From an uncultured Rhodospirillales bacterium (GTDB taxonomy: Bacteria; Pseudomonadota; Alphaproteobacteria; Acetobacterales; Acetobacteraceae): a stretch of 64,000 bases of DNA. Of this stretch, positions 55,338 to 63,653 are shown one piece after another; the first letter of the stretch is position 1; the number at the start of each line of letters is the position of its first letter. Where the stretch lies: positions 1,895 to 65,894 of the forward strand of contig CAIMSN010000041.1 of the NCBI GenBank assembly GCA_903844135.1, written 5' to 3'. A program made the position numbers and the translations under genes. Below the pieces are notes generated by a model. It was given only the letters and a program-made list of their open reading frames with translations. It did not search any database and was not told where the DNA came from.

Positions 55338-56902
55338 CACCATACGCGATCCTCGCGCGCGCCACGCTGCTCCTGATCGCGCTGCTGACGTGCGTACCGC
55401 TCGCCCGCTTCCTGCTGCTGCCCTTCATCCCCGCCTTCGGGCCGGCTCACACGCCGCCGCCGGGGTTCCCGGCGTCGTTGGCGCCAGCGTTGTACGGCTC
55501 GGTGGGGGTTGCGCTTCCCGGCGCGCTGATCGCGACCCCGGCGGCACTCTGGCTGGGCCTGCTGCTCGAGCGGCGAGTGTGGCGCGGCAATGCACTATTG
55601 CAGCCAGCTCTCTGGGTGCTCTTCATCTTGCCTGGCTACCTCGTTGCCTCCGGCTGGGAGGTGCTGATGGCACAGCTCGATGCCGGGTCGGAAGCTGTCC
55701 TGCGGCGAGCGCTGCTCGGCTGGCCCGGCTTCGTGCTGATCACCGCGCTCAAGGGATTGCCTGCGGCCAGCTTCGCCTGCCGAGCCGGCTGGGCATCGCT
55801 CGAGCCGGCCACGGTGGATGCCGGCGTGCTGCACGTGCACGACAAGCGAGCGCGATGGATGCTGGGGGCTCGGACCATGCTGCCCTTTGCGTCCGCCGCC
55901 TTCGTCATCGTCTTCGTCGAGTCGACGCAGGATTTTGGCCTCGCCACGACCCTCGGCGGTCGGCTCGCCACGCCGCTGCTGGTCAACGAGATCTATCGGA
56001 GCGTCACCGCCTGGCCGGTGTCCTGGTCGCGCGCAGCGCGCGGCGCCGACCTCCTGGTTTTGCTGGCGGCATCGGTTCTCTTGCTGCGTCTGTCACTCGG
56101 CGCGGGTTCTCGCGCGGCTGCTATCGGCCGTCGCGCCAAGCACCGTCCGCGTCCCGCCTCGGCGCAGGAACGCGGTGCCGGAATCGTCGCCACGACCGTG
56201 ATCCTCCTGCTCGGCGCATGCGTCCCGCTATCCGGCTTCGTCTCGGATCTGCTCTCGGCGGAACGCAGCGGCGAGCCCTGGGGTCTGCCGGAGGGATCCT
56301 GGCAGGCCTTGAGCGCCTCGATGCTCTATGCCGGGCTGGGTGCATTCGTCGCACTCCTGATGGCCTGCAGCCTGCTCGCCGGCGGCGCGAGATCGAGCAT
56401 CTGGCGCCTCCTCGCCCTGGCGTCGATGGTGAACATGGCTGTGCCGGGCGTGGTCCTCGGGGCCGCCTGGATCATCACGTTCGGAGCGCCGCCGGTGATC
56501 CTGACCGGAACGCCCCTGGCTCTGCTCCTGGCAAGCGCCATCAGCCAGCTTCCACTCCTGCTGCTGTTGTTGGGGAGCACTATCGTGTGGCACGGCGACG
56601 CCCCAGGGGACGCCGCTCGGGTACACGGCCTCGGGCTGCTCGACCGGATCGAGCTGATCCACCTTCCCTGCATGGTGAGGCCTCTCGCCTGGGGCTGGTC
56701 GCTCGCCTTTTCGCGGATCTTCTTCGAGTTGCCGCTCGCGACGCTGCTTGCACCGGCCGGCGGCGAGCCTGTCGGCGTGCTGCTGGTGCAGTTGCAGCGC
56801 GCGCTGCAGTTCAGCGGAGCGGCGGCGCTCGCGTTCACCGCGATCGTGATTTGCAGCGGCGTCGTTACGTTCGTCTGCACGATGGCGGCGAAGCTGGTAT
56901 GA
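55334..56902 (+). CDS. ABC transporter permease (two-domain FbpB/ThiP-like)
   Basis: 522 aa, about 12 TM segments in duplicated permease modules. ATGA overlap with the SBP gene. Confidence 0.75.
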   Translation: MTPYAILARATLLLIALLTCVPLARFLLLPFIPAFGPAHTPPPGFPASLAPALYGSVGVALPGALIATPAALWLGLLLERRVWRGNALLQPALWVLFILPGYLVASGWEVLMAQLDAGSEAVLRRALLGWPGFVLITALKGLPAASFACRAGWASLEPATVDAGVLHVHDKRARWMLGARTMLPFASAAFVIVFVESTQDFGLATTLGGRLATPLLVNEIYRSVTAWPVSWSRAARGADLLVLLAASVLLLRLSLGAGSRAAAIGRRAKHRPRPASAQERGAGIVATTVILLLGACVPLSGFVSDLLSAERSGEPWGLPEGSWQALSASMLYAGLGAFVALLMACSLLAGGARSSIWRLLALASMVNMAVPGVVLGAAWIITFGAPPVILTGTPLALLLASAISQLPLLLLLLGSTIVWHGDAPGDAARVHGLGLLDRIELIHLPCMVRPLAWGWSLAFSRIFFELPLATLLAPAGGEPVGVLLVQLQRALQFSGAAALAFTAIVICSGVVTFVCTMAAKLV

Positions 56903-57912
56903 GCGAGGTGCTTCGTATGCGGGGCGTCTCGCGCGAATTCGGGCGGCCGGTGCTACGCGAGGTCGATCTCGCAGTCCACACCGGAGAGATCGCGGTTCTC
57001 GTCGGCGGCTCGGGATCGGGCAAGACGACGCTGCTGCGCATCGCGGCGGGGCTCGAGCGGATCGGGGCGGGACAGGTCGAACTGCGCGGACAGCTCGTTG
57101 ACGATGGACGGCGTGCGTTCGTGCCGCCCGAACGCCGTCGTGTGGGCATGGTGTTCCAGGAGCATGCGCTTTGGTCGCATTTGACGGTACACGACAACAT
57201 CTCGCTCGCCTTACCCCGTGGCGAGCCCGCCTCGCGCACGGAAGAACTGCTAGAGGCGGTCGAACTCGGCGGTTTCGGCAAGCGCCCGCCCGCGACCCTG
57301 TCGGGCGGCCAGCAGCAGCGCGTGGCGCTGGCGCGCGCGCTTGCAACCAGGTCCGACCTGCTTCTCCTCGACGAGCCGCTTTCCAGCCTCGACGCGCCGG
57401 TGCGCGAGCGGCTGCGGCCACTGATCCGTGACATGGTCCGCAAGGAAGGACGCTCCGCGCTGTTCGTCAGCCACGACCGGCTCGATGCCTGGCACTTAGC
57501 CGACCGTATCCTGGTGCTCGAGGAGGGGCGGCTGGTCCAGGATGACCTGCCCGCGCGACTGCATGCGGCGCCGGCGACGGAGAGCGTGGCGCGCATCATG
57601 GGGGCGGCCGGGAAGCTCGCGGTGCTGGGCCTGGGCCAGGGTCGAATCGCCGCCGGCGCCCAGGTGCTGCAAACCGCCCACTCCATAGTGGCGCCCGGGC
57701 AGCCGGCGATTGCTCTCGCGCATCCCGCCGCGGTTCGCATCGAGGCGGATGGTCTCGCGGCGCGGCGGATCGATCTCATGTTTGAGGCCGGGTGGTGGCG
57801 AACGCGCTGGCAGACCGGTGTCGGTGAGCTGGTCGGCCTCCACCCCACCCCGCCGCCAGAAACGGCGTTTCTTACCATCGTTCCCGATGCTCTTTTCGTG
57901 TTTCCGCAGTGA
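56899..57912 (+). CDS. ABC transporter ATP-binding protein (FbpC-like, with a C-terminal regulatory domain)
   Basis: GGSGSGKTTLLR, LSGGQQQRVALARAL and LLLLDEPLSSLD. ATGA overlap with the permease gene. The 840-aa ORF is a 5' extension. Confidence 0.85.
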   Translation: MSEVLRMRGVSREFGRPVLREVDLAVHTGEIAVLVGGSGSGKTTLLRIAAGLERIGAGQVELRGQLVDDGRRAFVPPERRRVGMVFQEHALWSHLTVHDNISLALPRGEPASRTEELLEAVELGGFGKRPPATLSGGQQQRVALARALATRSDLLLLDEPLSSLDAPVRERLRPLIRDMVRKEGRSALFVSHDRLDAWHLADRILVLEEGRLVQDDLPARLHAAPATESVARIMGAAGKLAVLGLGQGRIAAGAQVLQTAHSIVAPGQPAIALAHPAAVRIEADGLAARRIDLMFEAGWWRTRWQTGVGELVGLHPTPPPETAFLTIVPDALFVFPQ

Positions 57913-57942
57913 GAGCCGTTCGACACCAGGAGGACCCCACCG

Positions 57943-58875
57943 ATGACTGCCAGACGGAAGTTCACCGTCACGCCGCTCTCGCCCATTCTGGGCTCCACGG
58001 TCGCCGACCTGAATGTCGCGGATCTCCTGGGGCCCGAGGGGGCGGAGCTCGTGGCAGAGATCCGCGCTTTGCTGCACGAGCGCCTGGTGCTGTTGTTCCC
58101 GCGGCAGAGGCTGACGCCACAGGACTACGTGGCCTTCGCCGCGTTGTACGGCGAGCTCCCGACCCAGAGATACGCGCAGCATGTGCCGGGCGAGGACAGG
58201 ATCAAATTCGTCTCGAACGGACGCGATGCCGAGGGCAAGCCCATCGGCGCGGGCAACGCAGCCGAGCTGGTGTGGCACGCGGACGACACCTATAGGTCGG
58301 AACCCCCCTCCTTCATGTATCTCCACGCCATCAAGGTTCCGGACACCAAGCGTCCGAGCACATCGTGGCTCAGCATGTATGAAATCCACGACCGGCTCGA
58401 CCCGGACATGCTGGCCGGCCTTGAAGGACTCCATGCCCACCATGCGGCGATCGGGACGAACGACGTCCGGCATCACCGCCATTCACCTCCGCCCAGCATT
58501 GAGGCGGGGCGCGAAGGCGCAAGGCATCCGCTCGTCCGCGCTCACCCAGATAGCGGGCGTCCCGCGGTGTTCATGCCGCGCCGCCGCGATGCGCTGGTGG
58601 TCGATAGGACACCGGAGGAAAGCGCGTCGATCATCGAACCGCTCTGGGACATCGTCACGGCCTCGGATCATGGCTGCAGCGTCACCCTGACCGTCGGCGA
58701 CCTGGTCGTTTGGGACAACCGTTTCACCCTGCATGCGCGGGAGGCGTGGAGCGACGGTGACGAGCGGACGCTGTGGCGGCTGGCAAATCTCGGAGAGCAG
58801 CCCATTCCGTTCCCTCAAGACTCGGCGTTGGATGCACGGAATCATAGGCTGGCGGGAATCGCTCAACCGGGCTAG
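57943..58875 (+). CDS. TauD/TfdA family Fe(II)/2-oxoglutarate dioxygenase
   Basis: LGSTVADLNVADL..., WHADDTY (the HxD iron ligands), a later H in HARE... and the overall TauD layout. Confidence 0.75.
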   Translation: MTARRKFTVTPLSPILGSTVADLNVADLLGPEGAELVAEIRALLHERLVLLFPRQRLTPQDYVAFAALYGELPTQRYAQHVPGEDRIKFVSNGRDAEGKPIGAGNAAELVWHADDTYRSEPPSFMYLHAIKVPDTKRPSTSWLSMYEIHDRLDPDMLAGLEGLHAHHAAIGTNDVRHHRHSPPPSIEAGREGARHPLVRAHPDSGRPAVFMPRRRDALVVDRTPEESASIIEPLWDIVTASDHGCSVTLTVGDLVVWDNRFTLHAREAWSDGDERTLWRLANLGEQPIPFPQDSALDARNHRLAGIAQPG

Positions 58876-58899
58876 CACCTCTGGATGCCGTTCAACCTG

Positions 58900-59410
58900 C
58901 AGGAGCAGGTCGTCACCCTGGAGGCGATGCGGATCTCCCTGACCCCTAGACCTGTCCCGTCGCGATGTCGGCAACCGACACTTTCCGGAAATGCGCTCGA
59001 ACATAGATCTTGAGCGTAGACCGCCTATGGCCGCCATACTCCTAGTCGCGTCACTCGGCCTTGTGCGATCGGAGGTAGGCTTCGTCAGCGGTCTGAAAGG
59101 GCATCGCCTTGACGGCCGCCTGCCGGACCGGACTCTCTTTCAGAACTCTTCGTCTCTCTCGCTGCCTTCAATGTGAGGAACGTCTTGTCGCCACGAGCAC
59201 GGCCGAGACCTATCTCCCGCATCCATCCGTCGCGGGTGTAACGGAACGCCGAGAACCCGACCTGCGGCGTACGGACAAAAGCAAAGAGAGCCCGACGCCA
59301 TCGCCATCGCGCCCGGGCGCGGCCTGCTGCACAATCTGCGCTGTCAGCCCGGCTGCTTTCGGAGGCTTGAAGCCGCCGTCCCCTCGATCCTTCGTCAGAT
59401 TGTTGCTGCG
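58900..59410 (-). pseudogene. tyrosine-integrase remnant: N-terminal arm-binding/SAM-like part only, multiple frameshifts and stops, catalytic domain missing
   Basis: Across three frames on the - strand I read LTKDRGDGGFKPPKAAGLTAQ...DGDGVGLSLLLSV..SG / FSAFRYTRDGWMREIGLGRARGDKTFLTLKAAR / ERRRVLKESPVRQAAVKAMPFQTADEAYLRSHKAE(stop at the expected W) / ...HRRSTLKIYVRAHFRKVSVADIATGQV(stop). This is the P4-type integrase N-terminal pattern. Homology is lost by about 58.9 kb, next to the TauD stop. Confidence 0.65.
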
Positions 59411-59576
59411 AACGGGCAGTGAAGCCGAACGGAGGAAGAACGGACAACCACGACGACGTCTCTGCTGTGCAATTTCGGCGATGCAATTTCGGCGATTTCG
59501 AGCCGCGGCGGACGGGGTTCTGGCGGGCCACGCACGATAGCGATGATCACTATGTTTGCGCTGTAGCACTCTCAAT

Positions 59577-60452
59577 CTAAAGTGCCGCTTTTCCGGCATG
59601 CGACCAAGCATGGAGGGCCGCTTGGTGAGGCGTCGCCTCGTCTTTCGCCGGGAGTGGAGCGTGTTCACCCAGCAGCACGACGACGATGAGATAGAGCACT
59701 AGCCGTCGGTCATAGTCGTCGTCGGTTTCACTATACTGGTCCGGATCTCGGTTGACTCGAACCTGCCCGAGATACAGATGTTCATTACGCCATGCCGCTT
59801 CGATTTCGTAAATTAAAAGGCCTGTCCAACTCCGACGGAACAGAAGCCGGCCACGCTCCATGTAAACAAACCACTTCTCCTCCATCACGGTCGGGACGAA
59901 CCCGCGGGCGATCATCCAGGAGTCAAAGGGACCGAAGGTCTGGTCTAGGCTGAAGAAGCTATGGCGAGCCGGCATCGGGGCATTATCTTGTCCGAAGCGC
60001 TCCGCCGTGGCGCCGCGAAGTACCTGTTCTGGCGTTCGGCCAAAGATGATGTCGAGATGCTCCTCGGCGGTTGGACCTGGAGGCGGTGGCTGCCCAACGA
60101 TGACGAAGCTCGGACCGGAGGGTGGGCGTCGGTGCATCAGAAGAGGGCAGTATGTCTCCAGCCAGCCATACTCTGGTGCCGCCAGAATCACTGTGCGGAT
60201 AGCACCGTCATCGTCTTTCAACGTGCCGACGAGGTGTCGGTCAGCCCGTAACATAACCCGGAGCAGGACCTCGCGTTCGTGCGCGGTAACCGGGTGGATG
60301 GCCTGAATGAACGTCAGGCGCAGCATCCCCTTGCCTGTCTTCAGCGGCTCGACACGCTGCACAAAAACGGGGCTGGCGCCCCACCCTGGCGACAAGACCG
60401 GCGCTTCAAGCCAACACCACCATCCTGTTCTAAGGATAACACTTGGATTCAC
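59577..60452 (-). CDS. hypothetical protein (291-aa ORF; possibly 249 aa from the ATG at 60326)
   Basis: The only long ORF between the integrase remnant and tRNA-Ser, in DNA visibly more AT-rich than the surroundings. I recognise no motif. The first 42 codons (GTG start, Trp-rich) look non-coding. Confidence 0.5.
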   Translation of the reverse strand: MNPSVILRTGWWCWLEAPVLSPGWGASPVFVQRVEPLKTGKGMLRLTFIQAIHPVTAHEREVLLRVMLRADRHLVGTLKDDDGAIRTVILAAPEYGWLETYCPLLMHRRPPSGPSFVIVGQPPPPGPTAEEHLDIIFGRTPEQVLRGATAERFGQDNAPMPARHSFFSLDQTFGPFDSWMIARGFVPTVMEEKWFVYMERGRLLFRRSWTGLLIYEIEAAWRNEHLYLGQVRVNRDPDQYSETDDDYDRRLVLYLIVVVLLGEHAPLPAKDEATPHQAALHAWSHAGKAAL

Positions 60453-60623
60453 ACGCGTATTCCCGCTGCTGCCGTGATCTTGGTAAACTTTCTCCGGATT
60501 CCAGGAGTATTATTGGCGAAGATCGTGTTGGTAAACAATCAAATTGGATGGCCTATAGCGCCGTACGCTAGCGGGCAACGGGAGATGGTATCACCGGATA
60601 GTCTGGCGCACTCTAGCGCAGCT

Positions 60624-60713
60624 TTGGCGGAGGAGGTGGGATTCGAACCCACGGTGCGCTTGCACGCACGGCGGTTTTCAAGACCGCTGCCTTAAACCAC
60701 TCGGCCACCCCTC
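60624..60713 (-). tRNA. tRNA-Ser (anticodon UGA)
   Basis: The reverse complement reads GGAGGGGTGGCCGAGTGGTTTAAGGCAGCGGTCTTGAAAACCGCCGTGCGTGCAAGCGCACCGTGGGTTCGAATCCCACCTCCTCCGCCA. It has a 7-bp acceptor stem with one G-U pair, the anticodon loop CT-TGA-AA, a long variable arm, a GGTTCGAATCC T-loop and an encoded CCA. Confidence 0.9.
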
Positions 60714-60983
60714 CGGGGCCTCGTTTATGCCCCGGAACCGGCGGGTGGCAAAGAGTGCCGGCATCCGGATGGCGCTCCCGGCGTTGCCGTCCCAGCAGGG
60801 AGGCGGCCGCGACAGCACCAGAAGAGCGGGCCCTTGGCGGCACGCCGGTTTCTTGCTTCTGTGTGTCCGGTATGTGCGACATGTGCCTGTAACATGGACG
60901 CCTCAGCATCAGGTGGAGCGGATGATACCCCAGCGCCTGAAACCGATCGGTCGGACGTCGACCGGCACCGACGACGCGACCTC

Positions 60984-62447
60984 ATGAGCGGGCCGAGCAC
61001 CCCTGCCTCGCCGGACCTGTTCTCGGGCTACGGCACGCCGCGCTTCTTCTGCGAGATCATGAAGGGGCTCGATCCGAACGAGCCGACCGTGTCGCTGATC
61101 CGGGAGCGCCTGCGCGCGTTCGACGTCGAGGAGCTGCGACGGCGCGCCACCGCCGCCGAGGCGGAACTCTACAATCTCGGTATCACCTTCACCATTTATT
61201 CGGACCGCGACGCCATCGACCGGATCCTGCCGTTCGACCTGATTCCGCGAATCCTGACCGCCAAGGAATGGGACGTGATCGAGCGCGGCGTGATCCAGCG
61301 CGTGACCGCGATCAACCAGTTCCTGTGGGACATCTACCACGACCAGAAGATCCTCGCCGATGGCATCCTGCCGCGCGAGCTGGTGCTGGGGAACAGCAAT
61401 TTCCGCCCGGAAATGATGGGGCTGGACGTGCCGATGGGCGTGTATGTGCATGTCAACGGCACCGACATCGTGCGCGACGACCAGGGGCGCTTCCTGGTGC
61501 TGGAGGACAATGCCCGCACCCCGTCCGGGGTGTCGTACGTGATCGAGAACCGGCACATGATGCTGCGCGTGCTGCCGGACCTGGTGGCCGGGATCGGCAT
61601 ACGCTCGGTCGACGAATACGGCGTCAGACTGCAGCAGGCGATGGCGGCGATGGCGCCGGCGGAGGTGCTCGATCCGCAGGTCGTGCTGCTCTCGCCCGGC
61701 ATCTACAACGCCGCCTATTTCGAGCACGTGTTCCTGGCGCGGGAAATGGGCGTGCCGCTGGTCGAGGGGCGCGACCTGGTGGTGGAAAATGCGCGGGTCT
61801 ACATGCGCACCATCGCCGGTCTGCGCCAGGTGCATGCGATCTACCGCAGGTTGAACGACGACTTTCTCGATCCGGACGTGTTCCGTCCCGACAGCCAGCT
61901 CGGGGTGCGCGGCCTGGTCGATGCCTGGCGTCGCGGCAACGTGGCGATCGCCAACGCGGTCGGGACCGGCGTCGCCGACGACAAGGCGATCTACGCCTAC
62001 ATGCCGCGCATCATCAAATACTATCTCGACGAGGACCCGATCCTGGACAATGTCGAGACCAACATCTGTCGCGAACGCGAAGGGCTGCAATACACGCTCG
62101 ACAACCTGGCCAACCTGGTGGTCAAGCCGGTAGGCGAATCCGGCGGCTATGGCCTGATCATCGGGCCGCACGCGACCAGGGCCGAACTCGACGAGTTCCG
62201 CGTCAAGCTGCTGGCCGATCCGGCCAACTACATCAGCCAGCCGGTGATCAATCTCTCGACCGCGCCCACCCTGTGCGAGGACGGCGTCGAGCCGCGCCAT
62301 GTCGATCTGCGGCCGTTCGCGGTGACCGGACAATCGACCTGGGTGCTGCCGGGCGGCCTGTCGCGGGTAGCCCTCAAGAAGGGATCCCTGGTGGTGAACT
62401 CCTCGCAGGGCGGCGGTTCGAAGGATACCTGGGTGCTGTCGTCATGA
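60984..62447 (+). CDS. circularly permuted type 2 ATP-grasp protein (DUF404/DUF407 family)
   Basis: 487 aa from the ATG at 60984. Contains LYNLGITFTIYSD...ILPFDLIPRIL..EW..IE.G..QR and VLEDNARTPSGVSYVIENR, typical of this family. Confidence 0.8.
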   Translation: MSGPSTPASPDLFSGYGTPRFFCEIMKGLDPNEPTVSLIRERLRAFDVEELRRRATAAEAELYNLGITFTIYSDRDAIDRILPFDLIPRILTAKEWDVIERGVIQRVTAINQFLWDIYHDQKILADGILPRELVLGNSNFRPEMMGLDVPMGVYVHVNGTDIVRDDQGRFLVLEDNARTPSGVSYVIENRHMMLRVLPDLVAGIGIRSVDEYGVRLQQAMAAMAPAEVLDPQVVLLSPGIYNAAYFEHVFLAREMGVPLVEGRDLVVENARVYMRTIAGLRQVHAIYRRLNDDFLDPDVFRPDSQLGVRGLVDAWRRGNVAIANAVGTGVADDKAIYAYMPRIIKYYLDEDPILDNVETNICREREGLQYTLDNLANLVVKPVGESGGYGLIIGPHATRAELDEFRVKLLADPANYISQPVINLSTAPTLCEDGVEPRHVDLRPFAVTGQSTWVLPGGLSRVALKKGSLVVNSSQGGGSKDTWVLSS

Positions 62448-63565
62448 GCCCGCCGGTCGAGCAGATCCAGCACGAACCGCTGCGCGCCGGGCAGGCGCTG
62501 CTGTCGCGCTACGCCGAGAGCACCGTCTGGCTCGCCCGCTACATGGAGCGGATCGAGAACCTGGCGCGGATCATCGACGTCACCGACACCTTCACCCGCA
62601 CCAGCCAGACCGAGAATGGCTGGCGCTCGATCATCCAGATCAATGCCGACGAGGAGCGCTTCTACGCCACCCGGCGCGAGGCCGACGTCGCCAACGTCGC
62701 CGAGTTCTACGTGTTGGACCGGGAAAACCCGAACTCGATCGCCAGCCTGATCCATGTCGCGCGGGAGAACGCGCGCGCGCTGCGGCCGCTGATCTCGACA
62801 GAGATGTGGACCCACATCAACATGTTCCACAACTGGGTCCGCCAGCTCACCCGACGCGACATCGGCCCGTCCCAGCTTTCCGGCCTGTGCGCCCGCGTCA
62901 AGCAGGAATGCCAGACCCATAACGGCATCACCGAGGGCACGTTCTATCGCGACCAGGGCTGGTATTTCTATTCGATCGGCAAGTATCTCGAACGCGGCGA
63001 CCAGACCACGCGGCTGGTCGACATCAAGTATCACACCCTGCTGCCGCGCGAGGCCCGCATCGGCAGCCAGGTCGATCTCAGCCAGTGGAGCGCGGTGCTG
63101 CGCTCCGCGGCCGCCTACCACGCCTACCGGCGCGTCATGCCGCGTTCGCTGACGCCAGCCGCGGTCGCAGGGTTCCTGCTGCTCAACAACGCCTTCCCGC
63201 GCTCGCTGATCCTGACGCTGCGCCAGGTCAACTGGGCGCTGGGGCAGCTCCGCACCGATTACGGGCTGCGACGCGGCGGCGATGCGCTGGAACGGATGGA
63301 CGAGCTGCGCGCCTCGCTGGAGGACCAGACCATCCAGCAGATCATCGTGCGCGGACTGCATGAATTCCTGGACTGGGTGCAACTGCAACTGCGCCATATC
63401 CAGGACGACGTCGCCGATGCGTTCTGGACTCTCGCCACGGCGCCGATCGAACCGGCGGTTGCGATCCAGACCTTTGGCGCGGCGCCGCCCGGTGCGATGA
63501 GCCAGACCATGGGCGGCATGACCCAGACGATGGGCAAGCCGGAACCCGATCCGGTCCAGACCTAG
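62444..63565 (+). CDS. alpha-E domain-containing protein (DUF403)
   Basis: LLSRYAESTVWLARYMERIENLARIID..., LISTEMW and FYSIGKYLERGDQTTRLVD. ATGA overlap with the ATP-grasp gene. It carries an extra ~50-aa C-terminal tail. Confidence 0.8.
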   Translation: MSPPVEQIQHEPLRAGQALLSRYAESTVWLARYMERIENLARIIDVTDTFTRTSQTENGWRSIIQINADEERFYATRREADVANVAEFYVLDRENPNSIASLIHVARENARALRPLISTEMWTHINMFHNWVRQLTRRDIGPSQLSGLCARVKQECQTHNGITEGTFYRDQGWYFYSIGKYLERGDQTTRLVDIKYHTLLPREARIGSQVDLSQWSAVLRSAAAYHAYRRVMPRSLTPAAVAGFLLLNNAFPRSLILTLRQVNWALGQLRTDYGLRRGGDALERMDELRASLEDQTIQQIIVRGLHEFLDWVQLQLRHIQDDVADAFWTLATAPIEPAVAIQTFGAAPPGAMSQTMGGMTQTMGKPEPDPVQT

Positions 63566-63591
63566 AGCCTGTTGGTTCAGCGAGCATCTCT

Positions 63592-63621
63592 ATCCGATCG
63601 AACGATTCCGTTCGATCGGAT
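63592..63621. terminator. perfect 13-bp hairpin between convergent genes
   Basis: ATCCGATCGAACG-ATTC-CGTTCGATCGGAT, nested inside an outer 8-bp inverted repeat CCTAGAGC (63561-63568) / GCTCTAGG (63625-63632). There is no U-run. Confidence 0.45.
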
Positions 63622-63653
63622 GATGCTCTAGGTCCGGACCGGGACGGAAGGCC

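Noticed and set aside
48584-59410. Interpreting all frame disruptions (LeuC/LeuD-like genes, TonB receptor, integrase) as genuine pseudogenisation
   Set aside because: This is not fully rejected, only qualified. Single-base indel sequencing errors would produce the same picture for the LeuD-like and receptor genes. Only the integrase remnant, with stops plus a missing catalytic domain, is clearly beyond sequencing error.
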